Virus record (IMG/VR): IMGVR_UViG_3300044692_000034
Coordinates: 77,738-141,737 of that record
DNA: 64,000 nucleotides
Strand: one strand, 5' to 3'
Origin: a virus
Part shown: in pieces, positions 9,217 through 18,615 of the stretch
Layout of the letters: each line of letters starts with the position of its first letter
How positions within the stretch are numbered: position 1 is the first letter of the stretch
Notes under the pieces: model-generated
What the model saw: only the letters and a program-made list of their open reading frames with translations
What the model was told of the DNA's origin: nothing
Database searches by the model: none
Position numbers and translations under genes: made by a program

Positions 9217-9852
9217 CTAGTCGAATAGTTTCGTGGTTTCCAGGTCGCCGCGCTTCTTGAGGAGCCTGTACCCCTCGTTAGCCCATTGCTCGAACCTGTC
9301 GGCAATGTCGCAGATCATTGTGATGCCGTCCTTGCGCTCTGCGTTCGTGCCTTCCGCCTTGCGCGTCCCGAACTCGCCTCTGTAGGGATACGCACCGATG
9401 TACGCGATCGCCCACTTGATTTCTTCGGGCTTGTACTTCTTGAGCCACTTCTCAACCGCGTCGAAGCGGTCGTCGGTTAGCTTGCTGTTCGGATGCCCGG
9501 TCTGCTCTTTCCAGTAGTTGAAGATGTCCTGAACGATTGGCCGCTTCGGGCTCTTTGCTCTCGCGTTGTCACGCTCATTCTCCAGCCGCGTGACCTTTGA
9601 CCTATAGCTGCGTAGCTCCCTCTCCGCTTCGGCGAGTTGCTGCAACGCTCGTTCTGCTTCCGTCTTGTAGTGCTGGCAGTCTTCGCACAGTAGCTCACCG
9701 GTGGTGCCATCGACGAGCCGTAGCTGAGGTCGCGGGGCCTGCGGATCTGCGACCTGGCTCGGGTGGTACGAGTGGTGGTAGTCAGGCGCAATCGAGTCCG
9801 GCAGCAGGTCGTCCGGGTGCACTCCTCCTAGCTCATCGATGGCTCGTGCCAT
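9217..9852 (-). CDS. Putative replication initiation protein (helical DnaD/phage rep C-terminal-like domain)
   Basis: VQDIFNYWKEQTGH...LTDDR...KYKPEEIKWAI pattern after a coiled coil. Confidence 0.55.
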   Translation of the reverse strand: MARAIDELGGVHPDDLLPDSIAPDYHHSYHPSQVADPQAPRPQLRLVDGTTGELLCEDCQHYKTEAERALQQLAEAERELRSYRSKVTRLENERDNARAKSPKRPIVQDIFNYWKEQTGHPNSKLTDDRFDAVEKWLKKYKPEEIKWAIAYIGAYPYRGEFGTRKAEGTNAERKDGITMICDIADRFEQWANEGYRLLKKRGDLETTKLFD

Positions 9853-10475
9853 TACGACTCCTCGATCGCCGGCCGAGTACGAAGAGGCCTCTCGCGGTGC
9901 CGCATGACCTTGCCCTTGAGACCCTGCATGAACGCCTGGTTCCTGCACCCGTTGGGGCAATCGATGTACAAGCCGCCGCCGGGCTCGGCGGGCTGCGCAG
10001 CAATCCTAATTTCACCGTACACAGGATCGTTTCTCGTGTACGCCGGGACTGCCTGTCTTGGTGCTCTTGTCCTCAGCCATGCCCCCTGCGCCCCGCAGAA
10101 CATGCAGTCGCAGCTCACCATGACCATCCACGGCTCGTGAATCTCGTCGAGCAGCGCCAAGACGTCCATGAGCTTCTTTGCGCGGCGTGCCGGCGGGGGC
10201 GGTGGTGCGACATCGATGCTGCGCGCGTGGCTCTCGCCCGGCCGCAGCAGGTCACGGTACGTCAATCCGAGAGGACGAAGGATGTCGTTGATCTTGCAGT
10301 CGTACACGAAACAGTGCACGCTCGCGTTCCCTTCGAGCCCTTCTTTGACGAGCAGGTTGTGATCGTCTCCGTCGTGCGCCGGGCACTTCGCACGGAACTT
10401 GTGGATAGGGCCGCGCGGATCGAACCCATGCGCGTCAAGCGCCTCGTACACAGTGCGGCAAGGGTCCGCGCTCAC
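9852..10475 (-). CDS. Primase-type zinc-binding domain protein
   Basis: AKCPAHDGD...L.V.EG..G...VHCF...C...DIL..LGL; no TOPRIM domain seen. Confidence 0.7.
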   Translation of the reverse strand: MSADPCRTVYEALDAHGFDPRGPIHKFRAKCPAHDGDDHNLLVKEGLEGNASVHCFVYDCKINDILRPLGLTYRDLLRPGESHARSIDVAPPPPPARRAKKLMDVLALLDEIHEPWMVMVSCDCMFCGAQGAWLRTRAPRQAVPAYTRNDPVYGEIRIAAQPAEPGGGLYIDCPNGCRNQAFMQGLKGKVMRHRERPLRTRPAIEES

Positions 10476-10957
10476 CCTATCCACGCCCCAACGCGACGCT
10501 GACTCGGCCTCCAGTAGTACTCGTACTGGCACTGCTGGCACAGCGGCTCCCCGGTCTCAGGCAGCTTGACAACCGCCGGCCTGTCAGTGTGGACGTGGCA
10601 CCACTCCCACCCCGGGTACGTCCCACGGAACGGAAGCCCGTCTGCTTCGGGGTCGACCATACCGCCGTCTTGCGTGACGTGCACCGCGATGGTCGGCACG
10701 GGCATATGGGTGCGGTCTGTCTGGAATGGGCCGCAATGCGGCCCCTCGCAGATCGTGTACTCGTGCTCGTAGTGGACGACCTTGGCGTACCCGCACACGG
10801 GGCACAGCCTCAGGATCCACATGAGTGGGCGGTCGCCTGGTGTCTCACGCAGGTTCGTTGAGTCGCAGCCGCCGCACTTCTCTGGCAGCGTGTCCATCGT
10901 GCCGGCTGTGTACGACCCGCAGTCGAGACACTGAACCTGTTTTTGCGGACGTATCAC
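10472..10957 (-). CDS. Cys-rich hypothetical protein
   Basis: Several CxxC pairs; tightly packed in operon. Confidence 0.6.
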   Translation of the reverse strand: MIRPQKQVQCLDCGSYTAGTMDTLPEKCGGCDSTNLRETPGDRPLMWILRLCPVCGYAKVVHYEHEYTICEGPHCGPFQTDRTHMPVPTIAVHVTQDGGMVDPEADGLPFRGTYPGWEWCHVHTDRPAVVKLPETGEPLCQQCQYEYYWRPSQRRVGAWIG

Positions 10958-10959
10958 AG

Positions 10960-12090
10960 CTACGCCTCAACTTCGGGGTTGCCGCACGCCTCGGACGCCT
11001 TCTTCGGGTCGCCCTTGGCGAACACGAGCACGTGCTGATGGCAGCGCTCAAGCTTGCGGCTCGCGTTCACGTGCTTCGCGGCGCGGAGCATGGCCGTGCC
11101 CACGGAGCCCAGCAAGATGGCCTCGTTGTACAGGTGCATGCCGCAATCCTGCGCCGCCTGAATCGCGTCCTTCATCACGCCGTACGCGAAGCCTGTCTTC
11201 TTGTTGCGGACCTCGCCGAGCACCCACACACTGAACGCGTCCTTGACGAGCAGGTCAGTTGACTGAGCCATCGCGGAGCGCAGCATTGCCCTGAACGTCG
11301 AGTACGGTGCCGTCGACAGGTCGCGCGGGTCGTCGCTGTACACCTCCAGGTCGGCGTATGGCGGGCACGTCATGACCAGGTTGGCTTTGTCGAGTCCCAT
11401 CGACCGCAGGCTGGTAGCGTCGCCCTCGTGCCACGTAGGCGCCGCAGGCGTACGCCCGAAATCAAATGCTCCGCTGAGGATTTCCTCAGCCTGCTTGCGA
11501 TTATCCTCGACCTGTTCTGGCCGTAGCTCGACGCCGGTGTACTCGCGGCCGAGCGCGCCGGAGACGACACCGCGCACAGCACCACCCGCGAACGGGTCTA
11601 GGACCTTGAGCCCTGGCGCACTGAACCAGCGGACGATGATCTCGCACAGCAGCGGATCGAAGACGCTCGTGCCGGTCTTGAGTGACCCACTTGCGCCTTC
11701 CATCTCCTTCTCGCGGTCGTAGTACTTGGTGCGGAACTCCTTGGTCGAGATCTCCCGGCCAAGCTCCGCCTCGACCTCCGCCTTACGCGTGTAGAACTTC
11801 GGGTCGCCGTTGACGCCGGAGTTCATCATGAGACCCTTGTCGCGGCCCAGCTCTGAGCGGAGCCCGATGCTCAACCACTGGTCGCGACGTTCCTTCCAGT
11901 ACCCGGCGCGCGTGTCGAGCACAGTGAACGGCGGCACCACGAACTTGTCGGTCAGTTTAGGCGCGGCGCCCTTGATGGCAATGACCTCGCCGGCGAGGTT
12001 GCGTTGCTCACCGTGGTCAACCTCCATGTCGAATCCGAGCTGCGGTGTGAGCGCATCCTTCAACGCAGCGTCTGCCTTCTTACCGGCCAA
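10960..12090 (-). CDS. DNA amino-methyltransferase (N4C/N6A)
   Basis: VLDPFAGG (SAM-binding), TCPPY (catalytic), TSVFDP. Confidence 0.9.
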   Translation of the reverse strand: MAGKKADAALKDALTPQLGFDMEVDHGEQRNLAGEVIAIKGAAPKLTDKFVVPPFTVLDTRAGYWKERRDQWLSIGLRSELGRDKGLMMNSGVNGDPKFYTRKAEVEAELGREISTKEFRTKYYDREKEMEGASGSLKTGTSVFDPLLCEIIVRWFSAPGLKVLDPFAGGAVRGVVSGALGREYTGVELRPEQVEDNRKQAEEILSGAFDFGRTPAAPTWHEGDATSLRSMGLDKANLVMTCPPYADLEVYSDDPRDLSTAPYSTFRAMLRSAMAQSTDLLVKDAFSVWVLGEVRNKKTGFAYGVMKDAIQAAQDCGMHLYNEAILLGSVGTAMLRAAKHVNASRKLERCHQHVLVFAKGDPKKASEACGNPEVEA

Positions 12091-12304
12091 GGCTCACCTC
12101 TCCCTTCCCTACCGTGAGGTGCCACCCGCCGCACGCATCGCAGCGATACGCACCCCCCGGTTCGACCTCTGCTGGCACAGCCGCCTGCGCGTTCTCCATG
12201 TGGATGCTCACGGCCCGGCGTAGAGCCCTGCCCTGCGTACTGAAGTAAGCTTTGCCGGTCGGGCACACCGGCGTCGTCTTGTGTGGCTGCCGCTTCAGGC
12301 TCAT
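12080..12304 (-). CDS. Small Zn-binding phage protein
   Basis: CPTGK..F and AYRCDACGGWHLT motifs. Confidence 0.7.
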   Translation of the reverse strand: MSLKRQPHKTTPVCPTGKAYFSTQGRALRRAVSIHMENAQAAVPAEVEPGGAYRCDACGGWHLTVGKGEVSLGR

Positions 12305-13779
12305 ACGTCAAGCTCCGCCATGCCGCACGCCTCAGCCGCCTTCTTCCAGTCGCCCTTCACGAACACGAGAACGTGCTGGTGGCAGCGAGTGATCTTGCGG
12401 GTACGCATGCTGCCCGCAGACCGCAATGCCGCAGTGCCGATGGAGTTCACGAGGACCAGCTCGTTGTAGAGCGGCATGTCGCATTCGCGCGCCATGAGCT
12501 TCGTGTCAGTCACGAGGTCGTATGGCATGCCCGATTTGGCGTTGCGTGCCTCACCGATCACGACCACGGCGAAGCGGTCCTTCTTCAGGCGCTCGGCTGC
12601 TGCTGCTAGAGCTTGCGAGAGGAGCGCACGGAACGTCGCATACGTCGCCGTCGAGAGATCGCGTGGATCGTCGGAGTAGACCTCCAGGTCCGCGTAGGGC
12701 GGGCACGTGAAGATGAGGTCAGCGCTTGTCGGAGCGTCGGCGATGTTGCGAAGCTGTGTGGCATCTCCCTCGATCCACGTCGGCTTGATGAACTCGCGAC
12801 CGATGTCAATGCGGTCGGCGGTGTTGACGGTCGTGCAACGCGCGTTGAGCCATTCGGCTTGGTCGCGGTTGTCGGTGACCTGCTCGGCGCGTAGCTCGAT
12901 GCCGGTGTAGCGGCGGCCGAGCACGCCGGCCATGATCCCTCTCACGGCCCCGCCAGCGAAGGGGTCGAGCACGACGGCGCCGGGTGCACTGAACCAGCGG
13001 TACGCCACTTCGCAGAGCAAGGGGTCGAAGATGCTCGTGCCGGTCTGCTCGCCCGGTTCGTTGTAGATCGTCTCGGGCCGCATGCCGATCGTCTTCCACG
13101 CGCTGCGGCGTTCCTGCCAGTACGCCTGCCGCGTGTCCAGGATCGTGAGCGGCGGCACGACGAACTTGTCGGACAGGCTCGGTGGCTTGGTGAGCACTGT
13201 CTCGACCTGTATGTTGAAGCCGAGCTGCGGGGCGAGAGACGCCGCGAGCGTCGCATCGGCGCCGGTGCCTTCTTGCTTCGGCTCGGCGCCCTCGCGGTTC
13301 TGCTCGAACTTCTCGCGTCCGGGCCATGCCAGCGCGTCGGTACGCAGAGAGCGGCGCCGTAGCGGCTCATGCCCGCCGTCCACAGCCCCGAACAGGTCGG
13401 CTGCCGGTTCCGGTTCCGGCTCGGGCTCGGGCTCCGGCTCCGGCGTGGACTCGGGAGCCGACTCCTCGACGACGACCAGTTCTTCCGGTGCCGGTGGCGC
13501 ATCGGGCACAGCTACGCCGCACGTCCCGTCACAGTCTGTGAACCCGCATGCGCCGCACGCGGCGTCGACGAGCGTCTGGCCCCTCACGGGCACGGGCGCA
13601 AGCACAGGCTCATCCCACTCAGGTTCGTAATCGGTCTCCGGCTCCGGCTCGTCGAACAACGACGGCCCCGCCGAGCTGACCTTGCCTAGAGCACGCGCGC
13701 GTTCGATAGCTGCACTAGCAGATGCCAGTGCCTCTGGAGACATGTTCTCCAGACCCCTCTTCGGTTCAGCGCGGGCCAT
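12301..13779 (-). CDS. Second DNA amino-methyltransferase with Pro/Glu-rich N-terminal extension
   Basis: VLDPFAGG, TCPPYADLEVYSDDPRDLS; paralog of 10960..12090. Confidence 0.9.
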   Translation of the reverse strand: MARAEPKRGLENMSPEALASASAAIERARALGKVSSAGPSLFDEPEPETDYEPEWDEPVLAPVPVRGQTLVDAACGACGFTDCDGTCGVAVPDAPPAPEELVVVEESAPESTPEPEPEPEPEPEPAADLFGAVDGGHEPLRRRSLRTDALAWPGREKFEQNREGAEPKQEGTGADATLAASLAPQLGFNIQVETVLTKPPSLSDKFVVPPLTILDTRQAYWQERRSAWKTIGMRPETIYNEPGEQTGTSIFDPLLCEVAYRWFSAPGAVVLDPFAGGAVRGIMAGVLGRRYTGIELRAEQVTDNRDQAEWLNARCTTVNTADRIDIGREFIKPTWIEGDATQLRNIADAPTSADLIFTCPPYADLEVYSDDPRDLSTATYATFRALLSQALAAAAERLKKDRFAVVVIGEARNAKSGMPYDLVTDTKLMARECDMPLYNELVLVNSIGTAALRSAGSMRTRKITRCHQHVLVFVKGDWKKAAEACGMAELDV

Positions 13780-14252
13780 CAGACAGCTAGTGAGTCCTGG
13801 CCTGCCACATCGCCCTTCTCGCGATGGTTGCTCGGGCGGCCCATCCACTGCCGGATGGTTCCGATCTTCGGCCACCGGTGGTTGGCCAGAAGGAAGTCGT
13901 CGAGCTTCGCGAAGAACGCTTCGCGCTTCTCCGGGTCGGACGTGAGTTCCTTGTCCTGCGCCGGCTCGGTAAGCGCGTGCCACGGCGCGTCGAACTCCAG
14001 CGCCGCCTCAGTGAGCCCCGTCGACGACCAGAACGCGGCGACGGCCTCGGCCTCGGCCAGCCGTTGCAGGCGCGTCACCGACCCCTGCACCGGGATGTCG
14101 AACATCTCGGCCATCTGCTCACGCGTGTACGAGCTGCCAAGCCGGTAGACGGCGTCGACGATCAGCAGGAGCATGCGCGTTGGCACGGCGTCCGACTGCT
14201 TGATCAGTCCGAGCTGCTGAAAACTCGTGTACTTGCTTCTGTAGCGGCTCAT
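13779..14252 (-). CDS. Hypothetical protein (possible HTH)
   Basis: YTREQMAEMFDI; coupled to neighbours. Confidence 0.6.
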   Translation of the reverse strand: MSRYRSKYTSFQQLGLIKQSDAVPTRMLLLIVDAVYRLGSSYTREQMAEMFDIPVQGSVTRLQRLAEAEAVAAFWSSTGLTEAALEFDAPWHALTEPAQDKELTSDPEKREAFFAKLDDFLLANHRWPKIGTIRQWMGRPSNHREKGDVAGQDSLAV

Positions 14253-14467
14253 TACTCCTCCTTCGGAGCGGTCGGCAACGCGCTCCGGATTCTGTCCAAT
14301 TCCCTCATCTCGTTCCGGTAGCTCTCGTGGGCCGCCTCCCTGGCCCGCTTGATCTCCCGTATCGCCCTACGCCACGTCTTCTTGTCTTCTTTGCTCGCGC
14401 TGCTGTCAATGAGCCCAACGATCCAGTCCAACTCGTTAGGTGTCAGCTCTGCGCGCGCTACAGCCAT
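14252..14467 (-). CDS. Hypothetical protein
   Basis: Stop/start coupling with flanking genes. Confidence 0.6.
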   Translation of the reverse strand: MAVARAELTPNELDWIVGLIDSSASKEDKKTWRRAIREIKRAREAAHESYRNEMRELDRIRSALPTAPKEE

Positions 14468-14751
14468 CAGCAGTCCAACCGTTCGACGCCGACGGCAAAG
14501 ATGGCTCGCTCGGCTTCGAGCGCCGCTGCGTCAGCGACAAACTCGGCCGAGCAGCCCGGGTTCTGAATGGCGTTGAGGGTCGCCATACGAACCCTCGAAC
14601 GGATCTGGCCGACCGCATTGCTGCCCAGCGCGTAGCGCCGGGCCGGCTTCGCACCGGGTCCCAGGAGCGAAGCGCGAACGAGATCGGCCTGTGTCGTAGA
14701 CGACACGGATCCGGACGTATGAGATTGAGAACCACCAGTAAGATCCGGCAC
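14467..14751 (-). CDS. Hypothetical protein
   Basis: GAGGAGG RBS before GTG. Confidence 0.55.
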   Translation of the reverse strand: MPDLTGGSQSHTSGSVSSTTQADLVRASLLGPGAKPARRYALGSNAVGQIRSRVRMATLNAIQNPGCSAEFVADAAALEAERAIFAVGVERLDC

Positions 14752-15013
14752 AACGCCTCCCTCATAGGCGTTCGTTAGGACGGTCGCTCAGTCGTATGGA
14801 CCCCGGCTGAGCAGAGAGCACAGCGTATACCCGCCCGGCGCGAGCATGTTGGGGCGTCTCGCCGAAGTGTCTGGCGCGGCGCCCTAACTTGCCGCTCTAC
14901 ATGAGAGACCCGGCCGCATACCCGCCAAATGCAGGCGGTCTGCGGGTTTTGAGAGTGTCGTCAACTACCCGTTTGGTAGCCGTGCTGACACTCTTCCGGA
15001 CCTCTCGGCCCGC

Positions 15014-15598
15014 TTAGTCCAACGGACCTTTACCGTTGCCCTCGGCGAGCACCTTTTCCATCTTGGCCCTCATGTTGTCGAGGAGCCGGCCGGCGCCGCT
15101 CGTGTTGCCCGCCGCAAGCATGCGGTCGAACTCGCGCATCACCGCGTCTTCGCCGGTGCCGAGGTACTCGACGAAGATCGGGGTCAGCTCGGCGCTGACC
15201 TTCCACTCCTCGATGTTGCGGGTGTCGTCGTCGCGCCACTCGCCGATCGGCGTCTTGATGTAGCGTGAGACCTGGCAGAGCGCCGACACCCGGACGCGGC
15301 TACGCGGGTCGATGAGGCCGCCACGCAACGGGACCTGAGCACCACGCATCGCAACACGCGTCGTGACCGTCTCGTTCGGGCCGACGAGGTTGTTGACGGT
15401 GATCTCCGGGTCGCCGTCGAGAACGCCGTTCTCGAAGAGCTGCTGCTGCGTCAGGTCCTGCTCGTGCGCGCCGTTGGCCGCAGCCGCCGCGCGCTCCGCA
15501 ATCGTCAGCGGCTTGCCCTTCGGCTTCTCGTCCTCGCCGACCAGCTCACTGCGCGGCGTCTCCTTCTGCCCACTCTTGTTCGTTGTTTGGTCGCTCAT
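15014..15598 (-). CDS. Hypothetical protein
   Basis: GGAGG RBS, phage-like codon usage. Confidence 0.7.
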   Translation of the reverse strand: MSDQTTNKSGQKETPRSELVGEDEKPKGKPLTIAERAAAAANGAHEQDLTQQQLFENGVLDGDPEITVNNLVGPNETVTTRVAMRGAQVPLRGGLIDPRSRVRVSALCQVSRYIKTPIGEWRDDDTRNIEEWKVSAELTPIFVEYLGTGEDAVMREFDRMLAAGNTSGAGRLLDNMRAKMEKVLAEGNGKGPLD

Positions 15599-15890
15599 CC
15601 GATCCTCCCGTCAACGCCGACACCACGATGTCGACCAGTTTCATGTAGTGCTTGCCTGACCGCTCAAACCGCACATCGAGAAACCCGGGGTTGTCGACTG
15701 CGATCCCGCTGCGCTTGATGTCATACTCGCACAGCGCCCTCGCGGCAGCCTCAAGGCGGTCCTTGGTGAGCGGCAGGGTACTGCCGCCTTCCTCTTGCTG
15801 CTGCCGGACCTGCTCTTCTTGCCGCTTCTCGTCCTCCCGCACGAAGTCTTCGAACAGGTTGCCCCAGCCTGTGTCAAGTGGCCCCGCCAT
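15546..15890 (-). CDS. Hypothetical protein
   Basis: ATG 15890 with AAGGA RBS. Confidence 0.5.
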   Translation of the reverse strand: MAGPLDTGWGNLFEDFVREDEKRQEEQVRQQQEEGGSTLPLTKDRLEAAARALCEYDIKRSGIAVDNPGFLDVRFERSGKHYMKLVDIVVSALTGGSDERPNNEQEWAEGDAAQ

Positions 15891-16353
15891 CTGTTCCTTC
15901 CGTGTCGTAGTACCGCTCAAGGTACAGGACCCTGTCATCGTGGCCGTCGAGAAGTTCGAAGAACGTGCGTGGTAGCTCCGTCACGCGCACCTTCCTGTTG
16001 TGCCGCTCATGATTGTCGTGGCAGCCACGGCACAGCGGTATGACGTTGCGCCACTCCAACTCAAGGCTGAGGAAGTGCTGTACCGGCAAGATGTGATGCG
16101 GGTCAATCCATGACGGGCTGCCGCACACGACACAGCAGCCCTCGGTTGCCGCGTACGCCAGTTCTTTCACCGCATCTGGTAGCGGGTCGCGGCGGTTGCT
16201 GTTCGCCACAGCGCGTTGTTTAAACTCACGCACCTTGCCGGCGTCAGCCTTGAGCGGCTTGTCACCCGGCTTAAGCCCTGACGTCCGCTTGAGCCCCTTC
16301 TCAGGGTCGCGTTTGAGCGGCTTGTCCCCCCGCCGTAGCTGCGACCGTTTCAA
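15874..16353 (-). CDS. HNH endonuclease
   Basis: CVVCG...DPHHI...NVIPLCRGCHDNHE; basic KPLKR repeats at N-terminus. Confidence 0.85.
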   Translation of the reverse strand: MKRSQLRRGDKPLKRDPEKGLKRTSGLKPGDKPLKADAGKVREFKQRAVANSNRRDPLPDAVKELAYAATEGCCVVCGSPSWIDPHHILPVQHFLSLELEWRNVIPLCRGCHDNHERHNRKVRVTELPRTFFELLDGHDDRVLYLERYYDTEGTDGGAT

Positions 16354-16877
16354 AAGAGCCGCGTGGGGTCTAGCTCGATGTCGAACTTCTGTTCCAGCTT
16401 GCGGACGTCGTCGGCGATCGCGAGGTTGTAGACGGGCACGCCGTAGTGCCGGCACAGCCGCATCGACTGCGCGGTGCCGCCGGTCTCGCGGCCGTTGGGC
16501 GTCCAGCACACTTGCATGTCAACAGGCTCGTTGCAGTTGCGGCCGAGCACCTGATGCGTATTCCTCGCCATGAGCAGCTGACCCGTACTCCCGAGCCGGT
16601 CCCACGCAGGATGGAACTTGCGCGCCAGCATCATCGCTAGCGGCGTCGGATAGTTGTAAACCTTCGCGGCCAGCAACGGCACGTTCTTGTTGAACGACAT
16701 GAACGGTAGATAGACCGTCGCGTGCGTACCAGCGCCCTTCTCGAACGCCTGGTCCATGCCGGCGGCGTGCCCGCTGTAGCACTCCCACGACAGGCTCGCG
16801 AGATGCTGCGCGAGCCTGTACGCCATCTGCATGACCTCGACCGGCGAACGTCGCGACCCTACGCCTGCATAAACCAT
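16350..16877 (-). CDS. SLOG/DprA-like nucleotide-binding protein
   Basis: YAGVGSR, SGHAAGMDQAFEKGA, ARNTHQVLG, CWTP..GGTAQ. Confidence 0.8.
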   Translation of the reverse strand: MVYAGVGSRRSPVEVMQMAYRLAQHLASLSWECYSGHAAGMDQAFEKGAGTHATVYLPFMSFNKNVPLLAAKVYNYPTPLAMMLARKFHPAWDRLGSTGQLLMARNTHQVLGRNCNEPVDMQVCWTPNGRETGGTAQSMRLCRHYGVPVYNLAIADDVRKLEQKFDIELDPTRLF

Positions 16878-16919
16878 TTGATCCTATGCCTTCATGTTTG
16901 CTGCTACCGCCGGCTGCAT

Positions 16920-17531
16920 CTACTCTCCGTCGTCGCACACCATGCCCGAACCGTACACGCTCGTATACGTTCGCCAGTCAACCCACGCGTCGCCGACCCA
17001 GAAGCCCCACACGCGAGCCGCCCGACCAGTCACGACCAGCGTCCATGCGCCCTCGGCGCGTGTCCTTGTGATGTGGGCGTGCTCGGCCTTGCGGTACCTG
17101 ATGCATGGCGCTCGCATGATCTCGACCGTGTAGCCGGAGCCGTTGCACTTCGGGCAGTTGAGCCACGGGCCGCCTCCGTTCACGGCTCCGGGGCGCATGC
17201 ACTCGCACGTGGTGAGGTCTTCGTACATGCCGCGCAGCACAACCGTGACGAACGGCCATGGGTGGTCGTGCGTGTCGCGGTCGTGCGAGTTCGGCAAGAA
17301 GCGGTGGAGCATGACCTTGTGCGAATGCGTCGACGTTGACCCGTCCGGCAGCGTCACGGCCTCGCGGCTTGTCGTGAACAGCATCCACCGCAGCAGCACC
17401 GGGCACGCTGCGTCGCCGATGACCTCGGGGTTGTGCCACCACCGCGCGACCCTCGGCGCCACGTAGCTGACCAGCGAAGCCAACGCCGTTGCCAGCCACG
17501 CCACACCCCACACCTTCAAGTGCTTCCGCAC
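16920..17531 (-). CDS. Cupin-fold (cysteine dioxygenase-like) phage protein
   Basis: LHRF....DRDTHDHPWPF.TVVLRG.Y, H.I....AWTLV.TG..R.WGFW. Confidence 0.75.
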   Translation of the reverse strand: MRKHLKVWGVAWLATALASLVSYVAPRVARWWHNPEVIGDAACPVLLRWMLFTTSREAVTLPDGSTSTHSHKVMLHRFLPNSHDRDTHDHPWPFVTVVLRGMYEDLTTCECMRPGAVNGGGPWLNCPKCNGSGYTVEIMRAPCIRYRKAEHAHITRTRAEGAWTLVVTGRAARVWGFWVGDAWVDWRTYTSVYGSGMVCDDGE

Positions 17532-17535
17532 AGTG

Positions 17536-18615
17536 CTACTCCTCGTCGCTTACAGGCTCATCTTGCCGGCGCTCAGATGCGCCCATCCACACCCTGGACC
17601 CGAGGGACTTGTCCCAGTCGGAGAACTCCTGCGTGGCCGGCGTCTTCGACTCCACGCGGTCGAAGGAGCCGAGCCTACCACCAAGGTTGTCGACGAAGTG
17701 GACGAGGGTGGCAGCGCGTGTCGCCGGCGCCACACTCGCGCCGTGCTCAACCCTGCCGTGGTGCGAGCAGATGATGTGCAGCAGCTCATCAAACAGTGCG
17801 TTGTCGTCAAAGTCTTCTGAGATCTGCTCGATACATGACGAGACCAGGTGGAACGTGAGCGGCAGCTCCCCGAAGAGCATGCCGTGTGTCGTCATGCTCA
17901 CCGTGTAGCCGTCGAGCGCGTACACGTTGATCTTGCCGATGTCGTGCAGGAGCGCGCCCGCGAGAGCCAAGTCGTAGTTGATCTCACCCGGGAAGTTGCC
18001 GGCCATGAGACGTACCCCCTCGGCCACCGTCACAGTGTGTTCGAGCAGACCATGCTTGTACGCCTGGTGGACCTTGAGCGCAGCCGGCGCATCGACGAAC
18101 CGCTCGTACGTCTCGTCGTCGTTGAAGATCATCGTGAGCAACGAGACGATCGGCGGGCTCGTGACCGTCTTGAGCAACGCATCGAGCCGGGCGCATAGGC
18201 TCGCCACGGAGTCCTGCGGCCCCTGCACGAGATCGACGATATTGTACTCGTCGTCCTTCGCAGCCCTAACGTGGAGCTGCCCGTTCGTCATGTTCGGGAT
18301 GAGCCGTGGCCCGAACTGCTCGTGCACCTCGACGCGGCCTTGCGCACGGAGTATGTCGCCGTTCTTGACACCGCTCATGCGCTCGACGTCGTCCCATGCG
18401 ACCATCTCGATCTCACTCGTGCGGTCGGAGAGCATGAACACGATGTACGGGACGCCGTCCTTCTTCTGCTTGTTCTCGACCTTCGAGACGACGAATGCTT
18501 GGTCGATGGCGTCGCCGGCGGTCATCTCGCGTACCGGCTTGCGGCGTTCGATGTACGACAGCTCGGTAACGGCTGGCGTTTCGGGTTCTGCCACTTCTGT
18601 GGTCACGTCCGTCAT
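17536..18615 (-). CDS. yhaM: YhaM/Cbf1-like 3'-5' exonuclease (OB fold + HD domain)
   Basis: KKDG.PY...LSDRTSEI...W OB fold; APAA..HQAY.HGLLEHT; GALLHDIGK; SHHG..E.GA. Confidence 0.88.
   Translation of the reverse strand: MTDVTTEVAEPETPAVTELSYIERRKPVREMTAGDAIDQAFVVSKVENKQKKDGVPYIVFMLSDRTSEIEMVAWDDVERMSGVKNGDILRAQGRVEVHEQFGPRLIPNMTNGQLHVRAAKDDEYNIVDLVQGPQDSVASLCARLDALLKTVTSPPIVSLLTMIFNDDETYERFVDAPAALKVHQAYKHGLLEHTVTVAEGVRLMAGNFPGEINYDLALAGALLHDIGKINVYALDGYTVSMTTHGMLFGELPLTFHLVSSCIEQISEDFDDNALFDELLHIICSHHGRVEHGASVAPATRAATLVHFVDNLGGRLGSFDRVESKTPATQEFSDWDKSLGSRVWMGASERRQDEPVSDEE

Noticed and set aside
13405-13450. (ggctcc/ggttcc)n tandem repeat
   Set aside because: Simply encodes the Pro-Glu linker of the methyltransferase
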